64,000 nt of DNA from an uncultured Planctomycetaceae bacterium (GTDB taxonomy: Bacteria > Planctomycetota > Planctomycetia > Planctomycetales > Planctomycetaceae): contig CAWFGE010000016.1 of the NCBI GenBank assembly GCA_963815195.1, forward strand, positions 32,001 to 96,000, in the 5' to 3' direction. Made by a program: the position numbers and the translations under genes. The notes under the pieces were generated by a model that worked only from the letters and a program-made list of their open reading frames with translations, ran no database searches and was not told where the DNA came from. Shown piece after piece: positions 45,501-55,416 of this stretch (position 1 is its first letter; every line of letters begins with the position of its first letter).

Positions 45501-47397
45501 TAACGGGAACGTGATCGAACGCGACAGATTGTTTCCGAATGAGTAATTGAACACCGACTTGCCGTCGGGCGGATATCCGGCCAGTTCGGAAAGGTTGAGT
45601 TCGCGCGTTTTCAGGACGAGCTTTTCCGCTTCGAGCGTCACGCGGTTGACCTCAACGAGGTCTTCTGTCTCCAGCCAGGGATGAAGCGAAATGCTTTCGT
45701 CATAGAGAGGCTCATTGAGCACTTTCACGTGAGCGGCAAGCTCCCGCCCTTCCATCTCAACATCTTCGTGGATCGACCACGGCGCAACGACCCTCGCGGA
45801 CAGACCTGCCTGCATCAAGGTCTTTAAGCCGTCAAACAATCCGAATGGCGTGTGTTTAGTCTCGGGGAACTCGTGGTTGAGAACGGCCGGGATCGACAGG
45901 TCGAACGCATAGGCGTTCAGTTGCGCATCAAATTTCGCTTCCCCTCCGTCCATCCACTTCGGTCGCGTGACAACGACAATCTCCTCGGGGACGTTGGCGT
46001 TAAACACGCTGTCGTTATCTTCTCGCGCTGCGAGAAACACCTGGATATCGACGGCCGAACCGGCAACGTGGTCCTCAAGCGTTGTCGTTGACAAAGTAAA
46101 TTCATCCCCGCCTCCGCCGAGTGAAACAGGTTTTGCAAATAAGACCGTGCCGCCCGCTTTGAACAGCAGATTGAACTTATCCTTGTAGACTTCCTCCAAG
46201 GGGAGATCGGAGACCTGAGCCCGGAATCTCGCATTGAAGTCGACATCGCCCTCAACAGACGTGACGAATCGGACATCCTCAATCTCTTGAAATGCTCCCC
46301 CTGCCGAAGCGCTGGCGTCGAGGTCCAGAGCCAGCGTATCGATGACCTTAATCTGGCCTTCGAACTTCGCCAGTTCCTGATCCCCATCGAAGGCCGTTAC
46401 GACCAGTGAGTGGCTCTCCGCCGAGAGCGCTCCGACGTCGACGGTAAACTGGAACTCTCTGCCCTCTTGATCAGTCCGAGTCGCAACATGACTTTGCTGA
46501 TTGCCGATCGTATATTCGACCTTGGATGCCGCCCCTTGCTCAACCCCGACCGTAAACACGTTTGGCAACTCGATTCCGGCAAGGTAGGTTCCGAACAGCG
46601 ATTCGGAATCTTCCCCGTCGTACTCCGCCGACACATCAAGCGCAATATCGGGCAGCTCCGGGATAATCTCCCATTCAGCAAATGTTGTTCCGGAATACGC
46701 GCCCTCTGTGCCGATCCCACCATAATTCGCGCTGGCACTCAATTTGTAATCACCAACGTCCAGCAATGTTTGATAACGAACCTCCCAGAGATTCGCACCT
46801 ACACTCCCAAAACCTACTATAGGAACAAAAAATCCATTCAGCCGAATATTAAAGGGGGAGTAAAGGCCTCCAGAGTTGTCAACCTGCTGAAACATTTGAA
46901 GTGTGGCGGGCGTATCCAAAGAAAAACTCAGTTTCGAATCCCATTCCCCCACCATAGAGGGATTGAAACGCCGTCACGGAGGTATTCGCTGCAGAGTCGT
47001 AACGCCCGTGGGGGGTGTCTGCAACAAAGTCCCACGAACTCGTACCTTTCGTGTCTGTCGTCGACTCTACATCACCGGAATTTTCATTTCGAAAGACGAC
47101 CGTAGACTCATGAGTGAGTGAACCGGCTGGCAGAATTGATTCGACAACGGAAGTAGGATCCCCTCCAAAATTATCAATTGTTGTGCTGATGTGTTTAACC
47201 CCCGCAGCAAGAAGCAGACGCTGCTCCAAGGCCTCAACGTGCCACAAATGATTCCTGCGGGTGTGCCGCCGGGAATGTTGGGTGCAGCGTTTATGGGAGG
47301 TCCGCCGGGCTTTGGGTTTGCGGCGGTTGGTTTTGGGGGTGCCGAGAATCAGATTGCGAACCAGTCTCTGGCACAGGGAAAGCCCGCGTTTCAGCAT
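42588..47397 (-). CDS. Giant surface/secreted protein: LEPR-XLL N-terminus, PKD/Ig-like domains, RTX-type Ca-binding repeats; frameshift near 46955
   Basis: VEALEQRLLLA in ORF 46879..47451. PPVANAGGPY, DTHTVLIDWG, GGKGNDRLRGGAGQDVLLG in ORF 42588..46955. Confidence 0.85.
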
Positions 47398-47776
47398 GTT
47401 TTCGTCCTCTAAAGATTGGGTCGAGGGAGCGTGATGGGAGATCCGCATCAAAAACCGAACAGCCTCTGTTGTGAAGGCTCCAATTCCTGGAAAATGGGGG
47501 CCGAATCGCCCAAATGGAATTCCTTAGCCTGAATTCACCATTCCGCCCAACTGAGAGTTGCCGGTGCATAATCCGTGGTTTATTATGGTCTTAGCCAAAT
47601 CTCCTTCAATTTGGACACAAAAACCTCGACCCACCGAACGGTCAAATTGGTAACAGTTTGAAAGTCTCCCAAAAAAGCTGGAATTTGACTGCGAAGTTGT
47701 CACCACCGCCGGGGAATGGTCCGCCCATTCGGGCGACAGATCGTCGATTTGAACACGACCGAGGGCTTCACAAAAC

Positions 47777-48403
47777 ATGTTTCCTCTTGAGCAAGAAATC
47801 GGCGGCCCCAACGGGCGGGAGACTTTCGGCGACTTGCTGAGCCGAGCGCGAAGCGGGTCGGAATCCGCGCTTGGCGAATTGCTGGAGCAGTTTCGAGGGT
47901 TCCTGCTGCTGACGGCCGAGATGACGTTGGAGTCCGGCGTGCGACCGAAGGTTGGGGCCTCGGACCTGGTACAGGAGTCGATAATTGACGCCCACCAAAA
48001 CTTCCGCAGCTTTCGCGGAGAGACAAACAACGAATTTCAGGGCTGGTTGAAGCGGATTCTCCTCAATAACCTGCTGAACCAGTACCGCAAGTGGAAGAAG
48101 AGCCGAAGACGGCAATTGAGCCGAGAGACCTTTCTGGGTCGAGCCGATTCCGGGATTAAAGATCTCGAAGATCCGACCGCGCTCTTGCCCAGCGAAATCG
48201 CATGTTTGGCGGAAGATACGCGTCTTATCATCCAGGTGATCGAGGGTCTGCCAGACGATTATCGAGAGATTATTCAACTCCGGCATCGCGAACAGCTGGA
48301 ATTTGAGGAGATCGGACGCAAAATGAACCGTTCTTCCGATGCCGCGCGCATGCTTTGGTATCGGGCCTTCGAGCGGTTGGCTGCGGAACTGAGGCGGCAA
48401 TGA
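47777..48403 (+). CDS. ECF sigma factor, TIGR02984 (planctomycete) family
   Basis: ARSGSESALGELL, RPKVGASDLVQES, LPDDYREIIQLRH, AARMLWYRA. Confidence 0.92.
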   Translation: MFPLEQEIGGPNGRETFGDLLSRARSGSESALGELLEQFRGFLLLTAEMTLESGVRPKVGASDLVQESIIDAHQNFRSFRGETNNEFQGWLKRILLNNLLNQYRKWKKSRRRQLSRETFLGRADSGIKDLEDPTALLPSEIACLAEDTRLIIQVIEGLPDDYREIIQLRHREQLEFEEIGRKMNRSSDAARMLWYRAFERLAAELRRQ

Positions 48404-50007
48404 CAGAACTGCCGCCCGCGGATGAACGCGACCCCTTTTTTCAATGGCTGATCCTGCGGTTGGAGCAGTCCGCAAGTCACGAGGCGAGGGAACCATCTCC
48501 CGGTCACAGATCATCTGCGGAAAGCATCTTGTTGGACATCGAACGCGCGGAACGCTGCGCAAATGCACTGGCTGCGATCTGGCCGGATATAGACCCTGGG
48601 ATGGATTCGACTTCAGACGCCTCAATCGATGCGGTTCCTCTTGACGGCCGAAGCAACAACTCCCACCTAAGTGATCTGGGATCCCTCGGACGCTTTCAAA
48701 TCCAGCGTCTGCTCGGTCGCGGCGGAATGGGCAATGTGTTCCTGGCATTCGACCCGACGCTACAAAGGCCGGTGGCCTTGAAAGTGCCTCGGTTCGATGT
48801 GGCTGGCGACCCCCTGTTGAGAGAAAGATTCTTGATTGAGGCGCGATCCGCCGCTAAGCTCAGTCATCCGAATCTTGTGGAGGTTTATGACGCCGGGCTG
48901 GACGGATCGATCTGCTTCATCGCGTCGGCCTATTGCGATGGGCCGGATCTCGAGAATTGGCTGGCTTCTCAAGACCATCCCGTCGAGCCGAAACTGGCGG
49001 CAGGTTTGGTTGAACGCGTTGCCCAGGCAATTCATTATTGCCACGAGATGGGAATTGTCCATCGCGACCTGAAGCCGGCGAATATCTTGCTGGCGTCCGC
49101 GACCGACGACCAAATCGCGGCACAGCGGGGAATGCCCTTCACTCCCAAAATCACCGATTTCGGACTCGCGAGGGTAATTGAAGAGAGGCTCAGCCAGACG
49201 CGTAGCAGTTTAATTGTCGGCACGCCATTGTACATGGCTCCCGAGCAGGCGGACGGTCGCACGGATGCGGTTGGACCAGCAACGGACATTTTTGCTCTGG
49301 GAGTGATTCTCTACGAACTATTGACGGGTCGTCCACCTTTTGAAGGTCGCACGGCACTCACAGTCCTCAGTCGGATTCAACGCGAAGAACCGGTCTCGCC
49401 GACCCGCGTCCACCGGCAAGTGCCCGCCGGGTTGGAAGCCATCTGCATGAGATGTCTCCGCAAGCTGCCAGAGGAACGTTACAAGAGTGCCGGTGCCCTT
49501 GCCGCCGACTTGAAGAAATGGCAAAACGGTGGACGCATATCGGCCCGCCGATTCACACTCTGGGACCGATTCCGAACATGGAGTCGCCAATCGGAACGTT
49601 TGCGAGACGCGGGACTCGCCGCGATTGGCTGGAATGGCGCGATCTTCCTCATACTCATGGTTCTCGTGTTTAATTATGTGTTCGGGATTGAGACACCGCT
49701 CCCTTCCAGTGGCAGCGATCTGCTGGTGTTGGAGTGTCTCATCGGATCCGGTATGCATGGTTTTTTCTGCTGGGTGGGGTGGCGAACCATTCGCGGCGAC
49801 CGCTGGGCCTATTGGGTGGGATTCGCGGGCGCTCTGTTCATTTGCCTCTTGGCCGCGAACGCCCTGATGGGCGGTTACAGCATATTCAGCATTTACGATG
49901 ATTTTTTAGTCGCCAAATTCCTAATCATGCTGGTTTTTACGGTACTTTCGGCCATACAACTTTTGGCCTTCCTGGTGGCAATGCTTGCCTCGACACCCGA
50001 GTTGTAA
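48400..50007 (+). CDS. Hanks-type Ser/Thr protein kinase with C-terminal transmembrane helices
   Basis: ATGA overlap with the sigma gene. GRGGMG, VALK, HRDLKPAN, DFGLAR, GTPLYMAPE. Confidence 0.93.
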   Translation: MTELPPADERDPFFQWLILRLEQSASHEAREPSPGHRSSAESILLDIERAERCANALAAIWPDIDPGMDSTSDASIDAVPLDGRSNNSHLSDLGSLGRFQIQRLLGRGGMGNVFLAFDPTLQRPVALKVPRFDVAGDPLLRERFLIEARSAAKLSHPNLVEVYDAGLDGSICFIASAYCDGPDLENWLASQDHPVEPKLAAGLVERVAQAIHYCHEMGIVHRDLKPANILLASATDDQIAAQRGMPFTPKITDFGLARVIEERLSQTRSSLIVGTPLYMAPEQADGRTDAVGPATDIFALGVILYELLTGRPPFEGRTALTVLSRIQREEPVSPTRVHRQVPAGLEAICMRCLRKLPEERYKSAGALAADLKKWQNGGRISARRFTLWDRFRTWSRQSERLRDAGLAAIGWNGAIFLILMVLVFNYVFGIETPLPSSGSDLLVLECLIGSGMHGFFCWVGWRTIRGDRWAYWVGFAGALFICLLAANALMGGYSIFSIYDDFLVAKFLIMLVFTVLSAIQLLAFLVAMLASTPEL

Positions 50008-50094
50008 AGCCTCAGTTCGATCTGGAATTCCTGGCTGGTTGGGTTAGTCTATTCTTTATGAGAGGATGAAAGGTAGGATGAAAGGGGCCATCGA

Positions 50095-50500
50095 AAGCGC
50101 CGGGATAAACCGGCTTGGAGTCAGGAATGGAAGGCTCCGACGCAGAAGGTGTAGGCAACCACTGCGGCCTCGAACCGTACGCTGGCAGCGGTAACGTTGC
50201 GGGTGTCGCATCGGCCAGAGGTACAGGCAGGCCAGCTATTGAGCTCCGAAATAATTCTTCCCGTGTGCCCACACTGTGATGGCTGTGGAAGGCGGGGCGC
50301 CTTCTGGGCCCGGACAGTCGCGTTTTGCCAGCGGCTGGCCGGCACGGCGGAGTCGTGGAACCTGAGCATGTCTGGAAACTCCAAGCGCGAGAACCGGGAG
50401 ATCCCCCAGGTTTCCGAGTCTTCGGACCCGGAACGGCCGGAAAACGCCTCGGGCGGTACAGCCGGCATGGACGCTTTGGGGAAGTCAGATGGGTCCCTAG
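50095..50500 (+). ncRNA. Group II intron 5' fragment (domain I region; no RT, no domain V/VI)
   Basis: GCGCCGGGATAAACCGGC start, GCAGGCCAGCTATTGAGCTCCGAAAT, GGAAACTCCAAGCGCGAGAACCGGGAGATCCC and GGGAAGTCAGATGGG resemble bacterial class E-like intron RNA (from recall). Confidence 0.7.
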
Positions 50501-50503
50501 CGC

Positions 50504-50710
50504 GTAGGGTGTGTCGAGCGAGACGAAGGGCCAAAACCCCGCCCCGATCCGGACAACCGCGCCATGACCGTACGGTGCTGTTTCCCGATAGACCCAGCGA
50601 GCGAAGACGCACCACAACGATGGCTACGACGTGGATTCCGGAGGGCATCCCAAAACGCCGCCCGCGTCCGTCAAATACCATTCCACACCGCCCGACGTTC
50701 GCGGTGCGTC
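50504..50710. repeat. GTAG-type REP-like region
   Basis: GTAGGGTGTGTC (50504) ... GACGCACC (50606) ... GGTGCGTC (50703). Confidence 0.45.
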
Positions 50711-50784
50711 GGCGCAAAGCTTGGGTCACCTTCCACTGACTAACATCAACACGCCCAAATTCCACTTACCGCTGAACCAGGACA

Positions 50785-52050
50785 GGTTACACGGGCGGCT
50801 ATGATGCCGTGCGGCGGTTCGTGAATCGGCATCGGAAGAACCACGCCGAGACGTTCATCCCCTTGGATCATCGGCCCGGCCAGCGAATCGAAGCCGACTT
50901 TGGCGAGATTTCGGTGGACTTCCCCGACGGCCGCCGGAAGGTCAACGTGCTGATCCTGGTGTGGTCGTATTCCAACGCTCCGTTCGCGGTGGCGCTGCCG
51001 ACCCAGCGAACCGAAGCGATCTTGGAAGGCATGACGCAGGCGTTTGACTTTTTCGGCTGCGTGCCCGAAGAAGTCTGGTGGGACAATCCGACGACCGTGG
51101 CCACCGAGTTATTGACAGGGCGGTCGCGGAAGATCAATCCGCGTTACCAGGCGCTCGCCAGCCATTACGTGTTCGATCCGCTGTTCTGCATGCCCGCGCG
51201 GGGCAATGAAAAGCCGGTGGTGGAAAACCGCGTGAAGACGTTGGGAGCGGAAATGGTCCACGCCCGTGCCTCGCGTGAAGGACATGGAGGAGTTCAATGC
51301 GTATCTTCGCGAGTGTTGCTTGAAGGAACACGCTCGCTGCAGCAGCGGCCAGACGCAAACGATCGGGGAACGCTTCGCGGAGGAAAAACAGCGATCCGCT
51401 CCGCTTCCCGTGCCGCGGTTTGATCCCTGCATCCGGCAATCGGCGAAGGTCAACAAGTATCAGTTCGCGCGGTTCGACAATGTGAACTACAGCGTGCCTC
51501 GCCACGCCGCTTTTCAAACGGTGACGGTCAAGGGTTATGTGGATCGTGTCGAGATTGTGTTGAACGAAACCGTCGTCGCCGTCCACGAACGGAGCTATCA
51601 CGCGGGCGATGATGTGCTGGATCCTTTGCACTATTTGACCACATTAACGCGTCGCCCGGCGGCTTTGGATCATGCGAACGTGTATCGCGATTGGAAGCTG
51701 CCCGCCGTGTTCGGCGAACTCCGCGAGCGTTTGGAAAGGCGGCACGGTCCCCACGCGGGCGTGCGGCAATTCGTGCGGGTGCTGCAGTTGCTGGCCGAGC
51801 ATCCGCTCTCGCGCGTGCAGGCGGCGATCGAGCAACTTCGCGGCCCCGAAGGAGCCGATGCCGATCGCATCATTCGCCGCGTGGAAGCCTCCGCCCTCCG
51901 CCTGTCGGAAACATCGTCCGAGGGCATTTCCACTCCGATCGAGTGCGAACACCCCGGCGTGTTGTCGGTTCAAGTTCCCTGTCCGAGCTTGAGCCATTTT
52001 GACCAGTTCCTGTCCTCCTTCCAAGGAGATTCCGATTATGTCCCCGAACC
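50785..52050 (+). pseudogene. istA: IS21-family transposase IstA, 5'-truncated, frameshift near 51245
   Basis: GYTGGYDAVRRFV, PGQRIEADFG, FFGCVPEEVWWDN, GNEKPVVE, RFDNVNYSVP, LDPLHYL. Confidence 0.9.
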
Positions 52051-52396
52051 CGAAACACGATGCCAACCAGATGCTCCTCAAGGCCAACCTCAAGCAACTC
52101 CGGCTGCCGACAATCCTGGCCGAGTACGAGAAGTTGGCCCGCGAAGCGAGTGCCTCGAACCAGACCTTCGAGCAGTACCTGCTCCGGTTGACCGAACTGG
52201 AGGTCGCGGCCCGGCAGACCAATGCCTTGAACAGCCGGATCCGCAATGCGAACTTTCCGGTGGAGAAGGGACTGGAGGATTACGACTTCCAAGCGGTGCC
52301 CGGCCTCCACAAACAAACGATTTTGGAGTTGGCCCGCGGGGAGTGGATTGCCCAGCATTTCAATGTGTGTTTTCTTGGCCAACCGGGGACGGGAAA
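52038..52396 (+). pseudogene. istB: IS21 helper ATPase IstB, N-terminal part ending at Walker A (GQPGTGK)
   Basis: AAGGAG RBS, then LKQLRLPTI...ANFPVEKGLEDYDF...NVCFLGQPGTGK, then unrelated sequence. Confidence 0.92.
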
Positions 52397-52797
52397 GGTC
52401 CGACCATCACAAGACACCTCTGGTCACTCAGTTATCGCGCGGTGAGATCACCGTCACCGATCCGGCCCATCCGCTTTATGGCCGAACATTTGATTTGTTC
52501 GGCTTAGCCCGCCTGCCAGGTTATCGTCAGTATTATCAAGTCGAGATTTTTCCTGACGAGATGACCTACATCGACGTCAGCAGCACGAACCTTTCCACCG
52601 CTCCTCCCCAAAAAACTTCCTGTCTGACCCCGGACGCGCTCCAGGATTTGGTGACTACCTTTCGGGATATTCTTTCTCGGAGGGAAGCCGATGTCACCCA
52701 TTGCCACGGACCAGGTGTGGAACCGTCTGACTCTTCCAGAGCAGCAGCGGATCATCCAGCAAATCGTCGTCATTCTAACGGAGGAACTGGAGCATGA
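52397..52797 (+). CDS. Start-less accessory ORF (Y4bD/Y4pK, DUF5372-like) of element 1; completed on circularisation
   Basis: Open frame SDHHKTPLV...ITVTDPAHPLYGRTFDL. No ATG/GTG/TTG between the junction and this motif. Confidence 0.7.
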
Positions 52798-52975
52798 ACG
52801 GATCGATGAAAGTCAGCACCAGCCATTTGAATCGCCGCGGGATCGTATATCTTCGTCAGAGCACGACGAAGCAGGTCGAGAAAAACCAAGAGAGTGCCCA
52901 CAACCAGCGAGCCTTGAAAACCCGGTTGTTGGAGTTGGGGTGGAAGCCGGAACAAGTCAGCATCCTGGAGGATGA
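52691..52975 (+). CDS. Small hypothetical protein of element 1
   Basis: GGAGGG RBS, then MSPIATDQVWNRLTLPEQQRII. Positional equivalent of 55385..55573. The 3' end overlaps the recombinase. Confidence 0.55.
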   Translation: MSPIATDQVWNRLTLPEQQRIIQQIVVILTEELEHERIDESQHQPFESPRDRISSSEHDEAGREKPRECPQPASLENPVVGVGVEAGTSQHPGG

Positions 52976-54868
52976 TCAAGGGCAATCGGCCACGCAAACG
53001 GCGGGACGCGGGGCCTTTCAACAGATGGTCGCCGACGTCGGCTTGGGTAAGGTCGGCATCATTCTGGGCTATGAAGTTTCACGGCTTTCCCGCAACGATG
53101 TGGATTGGCATCGACTGTTGGAATTGTGTGCGATCTTTGACACACTCATCGGTGATGTGGATGGGTTGTATCATCCACGGGATTTCAACGACAGGCTCCT
53201 CTTAGGCTTGAAGGGCACGATGTCTTCGGCAGACTCCATAGCCTCCGATTGCGATTGGACGCGGGTCGATTGTCGAAGGCCGCGCGGGGCGAGTTGGTGC
53301 AAAACTTGCCGACGGGCTTGGTCCGCAATCTGGACAAGGCGGTAATGCTCGATCCCGATCTGAGCATTCAAAAGCGATTGCATTTGGTGTTCGACAAGTT
53401 CGTGGAGTTGGGCACGATTCAAAAAGTCTTGACGTTCCTGGCCAAGAAAAATTTGAAGATTCCCCGGCGCCAAGTTTCGGGCCTTTATGCGGGCGAAGTG
53501 TTTTGGAGAGAAGCCACGGCCGCTTCGTTGGGCTCGATCCTGCATAACCCGGCTTATGCAGGCGCGTTTGCTCATGGGCGTCGGCAAGTCAATCCCACGC
53601 TACGAATTCCCGGTCGTCCTGCCACGGGTCGCACGCGCCGGCCCCAAGCGGAATGGTCGGTCTTAATTCCCGGCATCTACCCGGCCTATATCAGTTGGGA
53701 GCAGTACGAAGACAACCAACGCCGAATCGCTCAAAACAACCTCCGCATCCAACAACGACTCGCCGCCAAGCAAGCCATCCGCAACGGCTGCGCGTTGTTA
53801 ACGGGCTTATTGCGCTGCGGAAAATGCGGTCGAACGATGGGAGTGAATTACAAGGAGAACCGCTTTCAATACTCATGCAATTCTGGCTATCGGCATTACG
53901 CCCAACGATCCTGCCAGTACTTGGGCGGCAACAAGATCGACGAGGCGGTGACGGAAGCTTTCTTTGAAGTGCTGCGGCCTGCCGAGATCGATGTGTTGGA
54001 GAAACTCTCCGCCGAAAGGGCTCGCACGCATGCGGACGTGGTTCGGCATTTGGAGCAAGACGTCGGGCGCTTGCAATACGCCGCCCATCGGGCCGAGCAA
54101 CAATACGACTGTGTCGATCCCAAGAACCGTTTGATTGCGGCCAGTCTGGAAGAGAAATGGGAATCGGCTTTGTTGGCGCAAAAGCAAGCCGAAGAAAACC
54201 TGGCGGATGCCCGCCGAGAAATTCCCCAACCGATCCGCGTACCGAAGTCCTTGCGAGACGCCTTCGCGGATGTCGGGCGGCAGCTTCCCGAACTCTGGCC
54301 CGAGTTGTCTTGGGAGGCGAAGAAGTCGTTGTTGCGGACGATGATTACGGGAGTCAATCTTCACCGGCAATCGGATGGGCTGGTGCAAATTCGCATGGTC
54401 TGGGCCGGCGGTTCGGTGACCGAAACGTCGGCTCTCCTACGGCGTTTTTCAATGAAACACACGGACTTGGAAGAGCACATCGTGGAACGCATCCGGCAAG
54501 AAACCAGCGAAGGCCGGTCGAGTGAAATGATCGCGGCGGATCTCAATCGCGAAGGCCATCATCCCTGTCGTGGCGAACAATTCACCTCGCAAATCGTGAA
54601 CAAGTTAAGACATCGCTACCGGATCAAAAGCCCGCGTGCAAAGAACCTGCCCCATGCCTGGACCGCCGCGGAAATGGCTCAGGAAATCGGGCGCAACATA
54701 TCCTGGATGTATCATAAAATTGAGCAAAGACAGATCGTGGTTTCTGTCGATCCAATTTATCGGTGCTATCTGTTTCCCAAAACTGAGGAGGTTAAAGACG
54801 CCATGCTAAAACTCAAAAATCACGAAACCGAGCAAATCACTATCCCAAGGGGGCACAACAATGGCTGA
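52794..54868 (+). CDS. Large serine recombinase; frameshift near 53235
   Basis: Catalytic IVYLRQS, EDDQGQS, EVSRLSRN, NDRLLLGLKGTMS, ILHNPAYAG, Zn-ribbon LRCGKCG, VDPKNRLIA. Confidence 0.92.
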
Positions 54869-54871
54869 GTC

Positions 54872-55063
54872 AAAACTCACTGCTGCCAGGCCGTGGGCCG
54901 CAGTGCGATCAAGGCGGGCTTCTCGGTGCTCTACCGTTCGATCTTCGATGTGGTCCGCGACTTCCTGCACGAGGCCGCGTTCGACGGCGATGACAAAACA
55001 TTGCAGCGTTACCTCAAGCCCGACCTGTTGATCGTCGACGACATGGGCATGAAGCAACTACCG
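54872..55063 (+). pseudogene. istB: IstB middle segment (Walker A end to Walker B)
   Basis: KTHCCQAVGRSAIKAGFSVLYRSIFDVVRDFL...YLKPDLLIVDDMGMKQLP. Confidence 0.88.
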
Positions 55064-55416
55064 CTACCCATCAACACAATGCTCATAAACCGTCCTCGGT
55101 AACGATCTGCTATCGTTTCCATGCTTTCTATGGCGAAGAGGTCCAGTTCGTTCGCACGTTTGGTGCGACCCATCATCTCGTGCGGTTGCCGGACGATGTG
55201 CAACTTGCCATTCCCTGTTGGATGCTTGATCCGATCGCCTGTGATCAGTGTCCCAATGCGGACCAGCCGCGGATCGCGATCGCGCCTTTGCTTGAGCTTC
55301 GCCAGCTTCTGAATCGTCAACCGTTGTTTCGCGCCGAGGATGGCTTTACGAATGGAGGAAACTCACTTTCTCCAGGAGATTCCGATGCCGCGAAGCAAAG
55401 CTCTTCCTCTCCCTAA
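55063..55416 (+). CDS. Start-less accessory ORF of element 2
   Basis: Open frame ATHQHNAHKPSSVTICYRFHAFYGEEV...LAIPCWMLDPIAC...PRIAIAPLLELRQLL. The first possible start (GTG 55180) lies after the YRFHAFYG motif. Confidence 0.65.
   Translation, partial: ATHQHNAHKPSSVTICYRFHAFYGEEVQFVRTFGATHHLVRLPDDVQLAIPCWMLDPIACDQCPNADQPRIAIAPLLELRQLLNRQPLFRAEDGFTNGGNSLSPGDSDAAKQSSSSP

Larger units (their letters stand above)
50003..50784 (+). mobile_element. IS3-family-type ends (TG...CA) with no transposase between them
   Basis: Left TGTAAAGCCTCAGTTCGATCTGGAATT vs right end reverse complement TGTCCTGGTTCAGCGGTAAGTGGAATT (16/27 identical). 50037-50064 matches the reverse complement of 41896-41922. Confidence 0.65.
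52395..54873 (+). mobile_element. About 2.5-kb large-serine-recombinase element 1, inserted in the istB Walker A Lys codon
   Basis: Left junction GGGACGGGA|AA|GGTCCGACCAT, right junction ATGGCTGAGTC|AA|AACTCAC. Removal restores GGG ACG GGA AAA ACT CAC (GTGKTH). Confidence 0.85.

Noticed and set aside
50121..50765. Protein-coding ORFs in this interval
   Set aside because: No motifs; the sequence is better explained as intron RNA, REP-like DNA and IS ends.
53220..53260. Programmed frameshift in recombinase 1
   Set aside because: No slippery heptamer is visible, and unexplained indels are common throughout the window.
52021..55387. Shared GGAGATTCCGAT before the istB start (near 52025) and the element 2 small ORF (near 55375)
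   Set aside because: Only a short match built around an RBS, with no further homology; probably coincidence.
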